64,000 nt of DNA from Candidatus Parcubacteria bacterium (lineage in GTDB: Bacteria > Patescibacteriota > Minisyncoccia > Minisyncoccales > JAGMDC01). Positions 35,075 through 43,303 of this stretch are shown here, piece after piece. How positions within the stretch are numbered: the stretch's first letter is position 1; each line of letters opens with the position of its first letter. The notes under the pieces are model-generated. The model worked only from the letters and a program-made list of their open reading frames with translations, did no database searches and was not told the origin of the DNA. The DNA is taken from contig JAGLYZ010000001.1 of assembly GCA_023131895.1 (NCBI GenBank), positions 72,957 to 136,956 of the forward strand, in the 5' to 3' direction. The position numbers were made by a program, and so were the translations under genes.

Positions 35075-36313
35075 TTGTATATAATAAAAGATTTTAAAGT
35101 TGCATTATTTTTGGGATACAAATCAATTGTAAATGGTCATAAGGGCACCATTGTTTTAATGATTTTCATTCTATCATTGGCTTTTGTTAATTTGGTATTT
35201 GTGGCCTCTATTTTAAATGGCATTACAGATACTATTAATAATCAACTTATTGATAACTCGGTAGCTAATATTATTGTTGATCCCCAAGAGGAGCCAAAAA
35301 GAAAAGACTATATTTTACACGCAAAAGAACTGCGGCAAAGCATTGAAAGTCTGCCAGGTGTGGTTGCAACTATTGCGCACTATAAAATGACCGCTACTTT
35401 TGCCTATGATAAAGATAAAGATGGTGATTTTAAATACGGCACATGGGAAGTCATCGGCATTGATCCAAAAGAAGAACCACTGGTAACTGGAATCTCAAAT
35501 CACATTATTATGGGTCGTTATTTAGAAGGACGAGGAATTGGCGATATTGTCTTAGGTTCTGATATTGCTGGCGGTTACGGAGCGCTTGAAGAATTTAGAA
35601 GTCTTGGGGGTGTAGGGGTTGGTGAAAAAGTAAGACTTAACTTTGGCAATGGAATAACAAGAAAATATACTGTTCAAGGTATTTCCAAAGTGCGATTTAC
35701 TCTTATTGATCAGATAGCTTATATCACCGCAAAAGAAGCAAAGTCAATCCTGCAAACCAGTGATGATAGAGTTTCACAAATCTTGGTTAAGATTGATGAG
35801 ACCGGCAATGAAGATTGGTATATTGAGAAAATTAGAGAAATGGCGCCTAATTTAAAAGTTAGGAAATGGACAGAATATACTAGCATAGTCGGCGATCTTA
35901 CAAAAAGTTTTGATTTAATAGCGGCAATGATCAGCCTTATCGGTTTAGCCGTGGCCGCTGTTACAATTTTTATCTTAATCTATGTCAATGCGATAAATAA
36001 AAGACGCCAAATCGGAATTTTAAAAGCAATCGGCATTAAAGAAAATATCATTATTATTTCTTATATTTTACAGGCATTATTTTATGCAATTTTTGGTATT
36101 GTGTTTGGCTTTATTATAATGTTTTATGCTGTTGAACCGTATTTTATAAATCACCCATTAGCATTTCCTATCGGTGATATCACTTTAACTATTAAAGAAT
36201 TTCAAGTTCTTCAAGGCGTTTTTGGTCTTTTGGGCGCAGCTTTTGTGGCTGGACTTATTCCAGCATGGCGTGCGGCCAGAGAAAATATCTTAAAAGCTAT
36301 TTGGGGAGCATAA
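35075..36313 (+). CDS. ABC transporter permease, MacB/FtsX-like
   Basis: N-terminal TM, large extracytoplasmic domain, and C-terminal FtsX domain (RRQIGILKAIGIKE). TTG start. Confidence 0.8.
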   Translation: MYIIKDFKVALFLGYKSIVNGHKGTIVLMIFILSLAFVNLVFVASILNGITDTINNQLIDNSVANIIVDPQEEPKRKDYILHAKELRQSIESLPGVVATIAHYKMTATFAYDKDKDGDFKYGTWEVIGIDPKEEPLVTGISNHIIMGRYLEGRGIGDIVLGSDIAGGYGALEEFRSLGGVGVGEKVRLNFGNGITRKYTVQGISKVRFTLIDQIAYITAKEAKSILQTSDDRVSQILVKIDETGNEDWYIEKIREMAPNLKVRKWTEYTSIVGDLTKSFDLIAAMISLIGLAVAAVTIFILIYVNAINKRRQIGILKAIGIKENIIIISYILQALFYAIFGIVFGFIIMFYAVEPYFINHPLAFPIGDITLTIKEFQVLQGVFGLLGAAFVAGLIPAWRAARENILKAIWGA

Positions 36314-36321
36314 ATAAAAAT

Positions 36322-37008
36322 ATGAGTATTTACGTTGAAGTAAAAAATTTAAAAAAGATTTATCACGGCAAGGTTCCAACACATGCTTTGAAAGGTGTCA
36401 CTTTTGATGTTAAAGAAGGTGAATTTGTGGCAATCATGGGTAAGAGTGGCGGTGGAAAATCAACATTACTTCACCAGCTGGGACTTTTAGATATTCCCAC
36501 AGAAGGAACATTGTTAATTGATAATACTGAAGTTTTGAAGTTAAGTAATCATCAAAAGACTTTATTTAGACTTCAACGTTTGGGTTATATTTTTCAAGAA
36601 TACGCACTGATTTTTGAATTGACAGCGTTGGAAAATGTTTTATTGCCAGCATTTGCTTTAAATGGCTCACAACAGAGCTATAGAGAAAGAGCAATTGATA
36701 TGCTTGACAAGGTTGGCTTAAAAGAACGAGTAGATCATCGCCCCCATGAATTATCTGGTGGTGAACAGCAAAGAGTGGCGATTGCCAGAGCCTTAATTAA
36801 CAACCCAAAGATTTTGTTTGCTGATGAGCCAATGGCGAATTTAGACACTAATTCTTCAAGACAAATTTTAGAACTTTTCCAAAAATTGAATAAAGAATTA
36901 AGGCAAACAATTGTTATGGTGACACACGAACCAGATGATCAAAAATATGTTGACAGAGTTATTTGGATTAAAGATGGGTTGATTGAAAAGGAAGAGAAAG
37001 TCGTCTAA
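36322..37008 (+). CDS. ABC transporter ATP-binding protein, MacB/LolD-like
   Basis: GKSGGGKSTLL, LSGGEQQRVAIARAL, LFADEPMANLD. ATG 36322 preferred. Confidence 0.9.
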   Translation: MSIYVEVKNLKKIYHGKVPTHALKGVTFDVKEGEFVAIMGKSGGGKSTLLHQLGLLDIPTEGTLLIDNTEVLKLSNHQKTLFRLQRLGYIFQEYALIFELTALENVLLPAFALNGSQQSYRERAIDMLDKVGLKERVDHRPHELSGGEQQRVAIARALINNPKILFADEPMANLDTNSSRQILELFQKLNKELRQTIVMVTHEPDDQKYVDRVIWIKDGLIEKEEKVV

Positions 37009-37270
37009 GAAATTAAATTTGTCACTATACAGTTAAAATAGAAAAGTTTTCTACTGGATAATTTTTTTGCTTAAAAAATAGCGGATAGCAGAATGAGTGT
37101 ACCCGAAATGTCGCTCAACGAAGATGTCAAATGAGGAGGATTTTGAGAAATGGTGAGTAGCAGGGTAGAGCAAAATCTGATATAATGATTTTAAGCTTAT
37201 GGGCTTAAATCTGGGATGTAAATATACTCGGTTTGGCTTTGAATAATCGTTCTAACATCCTTCACGATGG

Positions 37271-37307
37271 TCAGCCATCATATACTAATTCAGGTGACCG
37301 AACCGCG
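37271..37307 (+). repeat. Conserved trailer, copy C
   Basis: TCAGCCATCATATACTAATTCAGGTGACCGAACCGCG. Shares CAGCCATC and GTGACCGAACCGCGTAAAAAAATT with copy D. Confidence 0.6.
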
Positions 37308-37322
37308 TAAAAAAATTAAAAA

Positions 37323-37373
37323 ACCTGTTGATGTTTGACATCAACAAACCGTCTCACCAAAGAGGCGGTTTTT
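37323..37373 (+). terminator. Bipartite terminator repeat, copy 1
   Basis: CCTGTTGATGTTTGACATCAACAA hairpin, then ACCGTCTC-ACCAAA-GAGGCGGT plus T6. Confidence 0.6.
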
Positions 37374-37384
37374 TGTTTTCGGAC

Positions 37385-37412
37385 TTGACTTTTTTGTTTT
37401 TAAAATTAGTAT
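37385..37412 (+). promoter_or_regulatory. Promoter of DUF502 cassette 2
   Basis: TTGACT, 16 nt, TAGTAT. The promoter and 5' UTR are nearly identical to 30268-30335. Confidence 0.55.
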
Positions 37413-37452
37413 TGGAAATACAGTACATAATATATAAAAAAGAGGTGAGAAG

Positions 37453-38060
37453 ATGAGAAAAGAAATAGGAAAATTTGTTTTTGGTGGATTGAAGATCGGG
37501 ATAGTAGTGTTATTGCAATAGGACTGGTAGGTTGGATTATAGGCCTGTTATTAATGGGGATTAATCTTTTTTTAAGATTTATTCCTGGCTGGCAGAATCA
37601 AGGTTTATTGATAAAAACAACCGTAGTATTTCTGGTTTTAATTGCTGCGGGAACGGTTATAAACCTTCTATATCACTACCTAAAGATAAAAATAGATGAA
37701 AGAGAGTCAATGCTGATAGATTGGCTAAAAATTCTGTTTTCTTTCAAGCACATCTCTGAGAATATAAAAAAAGGCATACCCTGTATTGCTGAAATAGGAG
37801 GTGTCTATCTTGTAGGATTTGTTAATGGAGAGTATTTAGACAATCCCGATTTACAGAATGTTCCGGTGTTTGATCCTACTAGTCCAAATGTAACTACAGG
37901 AATTGGCCCGATGGTGCCTAAGAAAAAAGTAAAAAAGCTTGATATAACCAAAGCGGATGCAATGACTTACGTTATAAGTGCAGGGTTTGGGAACACAGAT
38001 AAAGCAATAAAAAGCATAAACGACACCATTGAAGAGTATAAAAGACAAAGAAATGCTTAG
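37453..38060 (+). pseudogene. DUF502-family membrane protein paralog with a frameshift near 37507-37512
   Basis: ATG 37453 gives MRKEIGKFVFGGLKIGIVV (homologous to MKKRIGKFVFGALRTGILL of copy 1), then stops. Homology continues in the -1 frame (VIAIGLVGWIIG...IPGWQNQ...DPTSPNVTTG). Confidence 0.6.
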
Positions 38061-38258
38061 AATTTAGAATAAAATTCTAAGCTTATTTTTTTAATTAAAG
38101 TTATCCATAATTTGGCCTTGACACGATTTTTGAAACATATAAACTGATAATTGCCTACTGGCTAATAAGTTAACCAGTAGATAAGAAAGGAGATAGCTTT
38201 TTTGTAAAAAAATATGGGGGAGTAATTAAGAAGAAAGAAAAATTTTAGGAGGTAAAAA

Positions 38259-38453
38259 ATGTTTCCTGTGTATGATGTAGAGGAATTAAGAGAACTTCTT
38301 GGTATAGAAGAGATAGGAAAAGAGATGCAACGACCATGGGCAAGAGTTTGTATGTTTTTTATAATTCCTCTTGTAATAATAAAAGAGGATATAAAACAAC
38401 TCTTGCACACAAAAGTCAAAAGAAAGAAGATAGAAAACGAGAGACAAAAATAG
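38259..38453 (+). CDS. Small hypothetical membrane protein (64 aa)
   Basis: Strong SD TAGGAGGT 8 nt upstream of the ATG. One TM segment (VCMFFIIPLVII). Confidence 0.5.
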   Translation: MFPVYDVEELRELLGIEEIGKEMQRPWARVCMFFIIPLVIIKEDIKQLLHTKVKRKKIENERQK

Positions 38454-38539
38454 AAAAGAGCATAGACAAAATCTAACTATGCTCTATTTTTTATTAAAGT
38501 ATCTTTTACTCTCAACGGTTTTTTGGTAGAATTGAAATA

Positions 38540-38827
38540 ATGAAAATTTACATAGAGAAAAATAAATTTAATGAAAATTTATATAGCTTTATGAGAGATT
38601 GCGGGTATATGTCTTTTCATGACAGCTATATAAGGCATTTGGCTCCAAGCGGTTATCCACGGTTCCATATTTATACAAGCGAAACAGATGATAAATATAT
38701 TCTCAATCTGCATCTTGATCAAAAGAAACCAAGTTATGGCAGAGAAAGCGCGCATAGCGGAGAATATGACGGACAGGTTGTGGAACAAGAAGCAAGAAAA
38801 ATACAAAACAAGATTGACCAATTTTAA
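38540..38827 (+). CDS. Hypothetical protein (95 aa)
   Basis: Clean ORF with its own intergenic flanks. YPRFHIY...LHLD motif. Family not recognised. Confidence 0.5.
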   Translation: MKIYIEKNKFNENLYSFMRDCGYMSFHDSYIRHLAPSGYPRFHIYTSETDDKYILNLHLDQKKPSYGRESAHSGEYDGQVVEQEARKIQNKIDQF

Positions 38828-38885
38828 AAATGTTTAAGGTCAGGTTTAAAACTATTTAAATTTGACAAAATTATACTAAAATAGA

Positions 38886-39060
38886 GGTCAGGAAAACAGG
38901 GTCAGGAGCCTTTTTGAACTGAAAAGTGAAAAATAGGGGAGACCGAGAGGCATTGTGAGACACTCCTAAAAACGGCTAAATTTTCCCTTAAAGTCTTGGT
39001 TCAAGACCGAGCTTGCCAGCCATCTTGAGCGCGGTTCGTGTGACCGAACCGCGTAAAAAA
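38886..39060 (+). repeat. Non-coding unit D: GGTCAGG direct repeats, structured segment, tRNA T-arm/acceptor-like segment and trailer
   Basis: GGTCAGG at 38886 and 38900. CTTGGTTCAAGACCGAGCTTGCCAGCC (38995-39021) matches the tRNA 3' part at 20 of 27 positions by manual alignment. CGCGGTTCG/CGAACCGCG hairpin. Confidence 0.55.
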
Positions 39061-39132
39061 ATTGCCACCTCGGTAAATTTTCGATATAGTGAAAATATCG
39101 ATAACATAAAACAATCTTATTTTTAAAAACTT

Positions 39133-39387
39133 ATGGGAAAAGAACCAGAACCAAATATCTACGAACAACCTAAAAAAGAGGAATCCAAAATAGGACAACC
39201 CAAAATTGAGGAGGTTAAACTTGAAGGCGGGGGACAAAGAGAAAAAGAGCAAGCGCCGGAAGAAATTGAGGGCGATTACCTTATGATGACCTATTTAGAT
39301 GAGAAGGGAGGTATCGGTGAGGGAATTCCTTTAGAAATTTCCCGTGTTAAAAAAGCGACTTTAAGAAAATCTTTAATAGAAAAATAG
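39133..39387 (+). CDS. Small acidic hypothetical protein (84 aa)
   Basis: ORF only. Low-complexity E/K-rich N-terminus. Confidence 0.4.
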   Translation: MGKEPEPNIYEQPKKEESKIGQPKIEEVKLEGGGQREKEQAPEEIEGDYLMMTYLDEKGGIGEGIPLEISRVKKATLRKSLIEK

Positions 39388-39404
39388 TATCAGTGGAGGG
39401 AAAT

Positions 39405-39629
39405 AGTCAGGAAAATAGTGTCAACTTTGATTTTTCAAAATGCCGTTATACAAAAAATATGTAAATGGATAGAAACGAAAAAAAATATACTCATTAGCAC
39501 TGTCTCATTTTAGCTTAAAACGCATCGACTGAGACGCACCCGCCTTGCCGGCGAGGCAGATCGGTGAAACACTCCCAAAATAGTCGAATTTACCCTTAAA
39601 ACACGGGTTCTAAACCGATTATGGCAGCA
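39405..39629 (+). repeat. Non-coding unit E, paralogous to unit D
   Basis: AGTCAGG...TGTCAAC box. GTGAAACACTCCCAAAATAGTCGAATTTACCCTTAAAACACGGGTTCTAAACCGATTATGGCAGCA aligns with unit D. Carries a GC-rich palindrome insert, CCGCCTTGCCGGCGAGGCAG. Confidence 0.5.
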
Positions 39630-39686
39630 TAGAAATCTGAAGCACAATAAAATTACTTAAAGATTACTTATTATTTTTATCATTTT

Positions 39687-40010
39687 ATGGAATTCAAGAA
39701 TTTACTAAAATTTATAGAAGATGAAGACAAAAGATTGATTAAATATTATGGCTATTCAGATAAAGAAAAAAGAATTCTTGCTAGAACTGTTAAATTAACA
39801 GAAGAATTAGGCGAACTTTGCGATGAGGTTCTCTCTTATAATTCTCTTCAAAGACAAGATAAACTCAATAATAGAGAAGAAGAAAATCTATCTAAAGAGT
39901 TTGCAGATGTTGTTATTACTGCATTTCTTTTAGCAAAAGCAATGGATATTGATATTGAAAAGGCATTGGGAGAAAAAATTGAAGAGATTAAGAAAAGATA
40001 TGAAAAATGA
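39687..40010 (+). CDS. MazG-like nucleoside triphosphate pyrophosphohydrolase domain protein
   Basis: LTEELGELCDEV and EFADVVITAFLLA match the all-alpha MazG EExxE/D pattern. Confidence 0.7.
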   Translation: MEFKNLLKFIEDEDKRLIKYYGYSDKEKRILARTVKLTEELGELCDEVLSYNSLQRQDKLNNREEENLSKEFADVVITAFLLAKAMDIDIEKALGEKIEEIKKRYEK

Positions 40011-40031
40011 TTGTAAACTTTAATCAAAAGA

Positions 40032-40083
40032 CCTGTTGATGTCTGACATCAACAGGACCCATTGCCAAAACGGCGGCTTTTTT
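40032..40083 (+). terminator. Bipartite terminator repeat, copy 2
   Basis: CCTGTTGATGTCTGACATCAACAGG (11-bp stem), then ...GCCAAAACGGCGGC plus T6. Confidence 0.6.
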
Positions 40084-40227
40084 GTATTTTTGGTATTATT
40101 AGAATAATACTCCGGGGGTTGAATTTTATTTCCTTCAAGTTTATACTATAATAAAAGACGAAGTCTATCCTTAAAAAGGTCGAATTAAGAAAAGAATACA
40201 TTTTATAAAATTAAAATAAAAGATAAA

Positions 40228-41328
40228 ATGAAAAAAATTATTGCTATTCTTTTAAGCGCAGGTATTTTATTTACTGTTTTATGCGCGCCTGTTTCTCTTT
40301 CAGCTAAAACAACAAACGATTCTTCTGCTCAGGAACTTATCCAGACATTACAAGAGCAGATTGAAAATTTAAAAACCCAGATAGAAGCATTAATCATAAA
40401 GATAGAATCGTTGGAACAAGCAAGGCTAGAAGCAAGGGAGACAACCAAAGAGATTAAAGGAACCTTAAAATTAATCAGACATTTGCGTGAGGGTATGAGC
40501 GGTGAAGACGTTACGTTGCTGCAAGAAGTATTAGCAACAGACATAGATGTTTATCCTGAAGGACTGGTTACAGGATATTTTGGCCCATTGACAAAAAATG
40601 CAGTAAAAAGATTTCAGAAAATAGCAGGTATTGAACAAGTTGGATTAGTCGGACCAAAAACATCAGCTAGGATTAATGAGTTACTTCTTGTAGGAGCAGG
40701 TAAATCCGGCAAAGTGCCACCCGGTCTTTTAATTGCTCCGGGAATTAGAAAAAAACTCGGCTTTACTCCTCAAGCATTACCCGGACAGGAACTTCCTCCT
40801 GGTATTGCTAAAAAATTGGATGGAGGAACATTCGGAAAAGACACTATGCCGCCTGCTATTTCAAATGTTACAGCAAGTAACATTGACGCTATATCAGCCG
40901 GAATTACCTGGACCACTGACGAGAAAGCAGACAGCAGGGTCTGGTATAGCACTACAACTCCACTTGTTGTTGTAACTGGAACCATGAACGCAATTTCTAC
41001 TCGTTTTGTGTTAAGCCACTATGTCGCATTATCTAATCTCATCTCTGATACTATCTACTACTTTATAGTAAATTCTACTGATAGAGCAGGTAATAATGAC
41101 ATTAGCGAGCAAAAGACATTTACTACATTAACTACAGAAGAGCAGGGATGTATAGATTCTGGAGGAGAAGTATCAACATCAATGTGTTGTAAATCAGCCA
41201 GTGATTTCCCAAATACCTGTGCTATCGGTGCTTGCGGTTGCTCTTCAGAAAATAGTCATGAAGTGAAAGTTTGCAATTGCGAAACTGATAAATGTTTTAA
41301 CGGAACTGCTTGTGTAGACATTGAGTAA
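40228..41328 (+). CDS. Secreted multidomain protein: signal peptide, coiled coil, peptidoglycan-binding domain, FN3-like domain, C-terminal Cys-rich module
   Basis: PG_binding_1-like GEDVTLLQEVL...GYFGPLTKNAVKRFQ. ITWTTDEKADSRVWY...TIYYF is FN3-like. The tail holds about 12 Cys. Confidence 0.7.
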   Translation: MKKIIAILLSAGILFTVLCAPVSLSAKTTNDSSAQELIQTLQEQIENLKTQIEALIIKIESLEQARLEARETTKEIKGTLKLIRHLREGMSGEDVTLLQEVLATDIDVYPEGLVTGYFGPLTKNAVKRFQKIAGIEQVGLVGPKTSARINELLLVGAGKSGKVPPGLLIAPGIRKKLGFTPQALPGQELPPGIAKKLDGGTFGKDTMPPAISNVTASNIDAISAGITWTTDEKADSRVWYSTTTPLVVVTGTMNAISTRFVLSHYVALSNLISDTIYYFIVNSTDRAGNNDISEQKTFTTLTTEEQGCIDSGGEVSTSMCCKSASDFPNTCAIGACGCSSENSHEVKVCNCETDKCFNGTACVDIE

Positions 41329-41540
41329 TATTATCTCTCAATCAGATAATCATCATTCAGACCTTACAGTTATGACTTCTTGCACGAGGCAGCAATTTCG
41401 CTGCCTCGTGCTTTTGTTTTTCATTGAAAAAAACCAAAAAATGAGTTAAATTAAACGTATAAAGCATAAACTCTATTATCAATGTTAGGGAAAATGGGGT
41501 CAACTCTATTTTTTTAGGGAAATTGGCTTAACTTTTTATT

Positions 41541-41939
41541 ATGTTTAAAGAATTTAATGTTTCAACAGAAAATAGGTATCAGTTGATTGATATTACTGAA
41601 AAAGTGGAAGAAATAGTTAAAGAAGGCGGCGTTAAAAACGGCTTGGTTTTTATTTTTGTCCCTCATTCTACGGCCAGCATTATTTTGACCGAGAACGAAG
41701 AAGGATTAAAAAGGGACTGGCTTGAAATCTTCAAAAAGCTAATATCCGGGATTGATTTTCAACACAACAGAATTGATAATAATGCTGATTCTCATATCCT
41801 TTCCGGCTTGGCTGGTCAAGGGAAGATTTTGCCGATTAAAGATGGTAGAACTATAAGAGGGACTTGGCAGCAAATTTTCTTAGTCGAATTTGACGGTCCA
41901 AGAACAAGAAAAATAATAGTAAAAATAATAGAAGGTTGA
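41541..41939 (+). CDS. YjbQ/UPF0047-family protein (secondary thiamine-phosphate synthase fold)
   Basis: VFIFVPHSTASIILTENEEG, NADSHILSGLAG and GTWQQIFLVEFDGPRTRK. Confidence 0.85.
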   Translation: MFKEFNVSTENRYQLIDITEKVEEIVKEGGVKNGLVFIFVPHSTASIILTENEEGLKRDWLEIFKKLISGIDFQHNRIDNNADSHILSGLAGQGKILPIKDGRTIRGTWQQIFLVEFDGPRTRKIIVKIIEG

Positions 41940-42046
41940 AATATGAAATTCGCTGCATTGGATATTTACTATTGGCGGATAAAAAAAAGCAGGAGAATTT
42001 TAATAAATCTCCTTTTTTGATTTCGTTTTTAATTTTGTGGCTATCT

Positions 42047-42316
42047 TTAAGCGTAAAAAGAAAGATCCTTGTCTTTTGTGGTATTTGGGACCAGAGCTAT
42101 TACATTTATATTGAGTCCACATCCAATTTGCTGTCTAGCTAGATAATAACCGGCTAAAAGCGATTTCAAGTCGAACCCTCCTTCTTTAGATAGTTTTTTT
42201 ATATACTCCGAAATTTTGTCTCCTTTCATAAGGGCGATTTTTTCTACTAAATCTTTGAGTTTTTCTTCTTCTTTTCTCTTCAGACCTAATGCCTGCCCTA
42301 CAGTTTCTCCAACCAT
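42047..42316 (-). CDS. Hypothetical protein (89 aa)
   Basis: AAGGAG SD 9 nt upstream of the ATG on the minus strand. A bidirectional terminator lies at 41995-42025. Confidence 0.5.
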   Translation of the reverse strand: MVGETVGQALGLKRKEEEKLKDLVEKIALMKGDKISEYIKKLSKEGGFDLKSLLAGYYLARQQIGCGLNINVIALVPNTTKDKDLSFYA

Positions 42317-42455
42317 TTTTTTTATCTCCTTTTTAAATGTTCAGTAATTTCATAATAAAGTTTTTTTAAAAAATGTCAAGTTTTTAAAACCAAAAGATTG
42401 AAAGAAAGTTAAAAATAAGTTAAATTAAAAGCATAGAGTATAAACTCTATTATCG

Positions 42456-42836
42456 ATGTTAGAGAAAGATTTTGAAAAATTAGTTAAAAAAGCCATTGTG
42501 AGATTACCTAAACATATCCAAAAGAAAATGGATAATGTGGCTATTGTAACCAAGAAAAAACCTTCTCAATATGAATTGGAAAAAACTGGGATAAAAATAG
42601 GAGGAGCGCTTTTAGGGCTTTATCAAGGAGTTCCTAAAATAGCTTGGGGCAGGGGTTTTGGCATGATACTGCCAGATAAAATTACTATTTTCCAGGACTC
42701 AATTGAACAAATGGCTTCTTCGCAGGATGAAATAAAGGAATTAGTTAAAATCGTTGTTTGGCACGAAATTGCCCACCACTTCGGCTTTAATGAAAGCCAA
42801 ATCCGCAAATTAGAGGCCAAGTGGAAAAAGAGATAA
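42456..42836 (+). CDS. Zincin-like metallopeptidase-family protein (DUF1025/Zincin_1 type)
   Basis: C-terminal VVWHEIAHHFGF (HExxH) in a ~125-aa protein. Confidence 0.7.
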   Translation: MLEKDFEKLVKKAIVRLPKHIQKKMDNVAIVTKKKPSQYELEKTGIKIGGALLGLYQGVPKIAWGRGFGMILPDKITIFQDSIEQMASSQDEIKELVKIVVWHEIAHHFGFNESQIRKLEAKWKKR

Positions 42837-42845
42837 TTCAAAGAA

Positions 42846-42897
42846 CCTGTTGATGTTTGACATCAACAGGCCTCATCGCCAAGAAGGCAAGTTTTTT
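42846..42897 (+). terminator. Bipartite terminator repeat, copy 3
   Basis: CCTGTTGATGTTTGACATCAACAGG, then ...CGCCAAGAAGGCAAG plus T6. Confidence 0.6.
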
Positions 42898-43115
42898 GGT
42901 AGAATATAAAAATAGGCCTAGATTTTGTTTTTTACGATGAAAAATAAGAAGTTGACCAGGAATTTTTATATTAGGGAAACCTTGACTTTTGTTTAGGTTG
43001 AGATAAGGTGAATATACCTTAAAAATTTGGGAGAAATCAGATGAAAGAGATTAGTTTATTGAGAGTTGAATTGTTTTAGCGCTCAGTAAATTAAAAACTA
43101 AAGAGGTGATATAAG

Positions 43116-43220
43116 ATGAGTATAAAACAGGAAGCAATAATTCGGGAAATCGTAGGATTGATAGTATGGATGGCAGTTATATTAGGTGTGATATATGGCA
43201 TAAACGGAATGGTAGGTTGA
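43116..43220 (+). CDS. Possible 34-aa single-TM peptide
   Basis: AGAGGTGA SD. MSIKQEAIIREIVGLIVWMAVILGVIYGINGMVG. Followed by an AAGCCCATTATGGGCATTTTTTTT terminator. Confidence 0.4.
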   Translation: MSIKQEAIIREIVGLIVWMAVILGVIYGINGMVG

Positions 43221-43303
43221 TGAAATAAAAAAGCCCATTATGGGCATTTTTTTTATTGCTAAAACCTTTTTTTTATTTAAAGATAGTGTATAATTAAAAA
43301 ACC

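Noticed and set aside
39001-39252. 83-aa minus-strand ORF
   Set aside because: It overlaps the repeat unit D and the start of the plus-strand gene, is Phe/Leu-rich from reading an AT-rich antisense strand, and has no SD.
41936-42142. 68-aa plus-strand ORF after the yjbQ-like gene
   Set aside because: It spans a bidirectional terminator and overlaps the 3' end of the better-supported minus-strand gene at 42047-42316.
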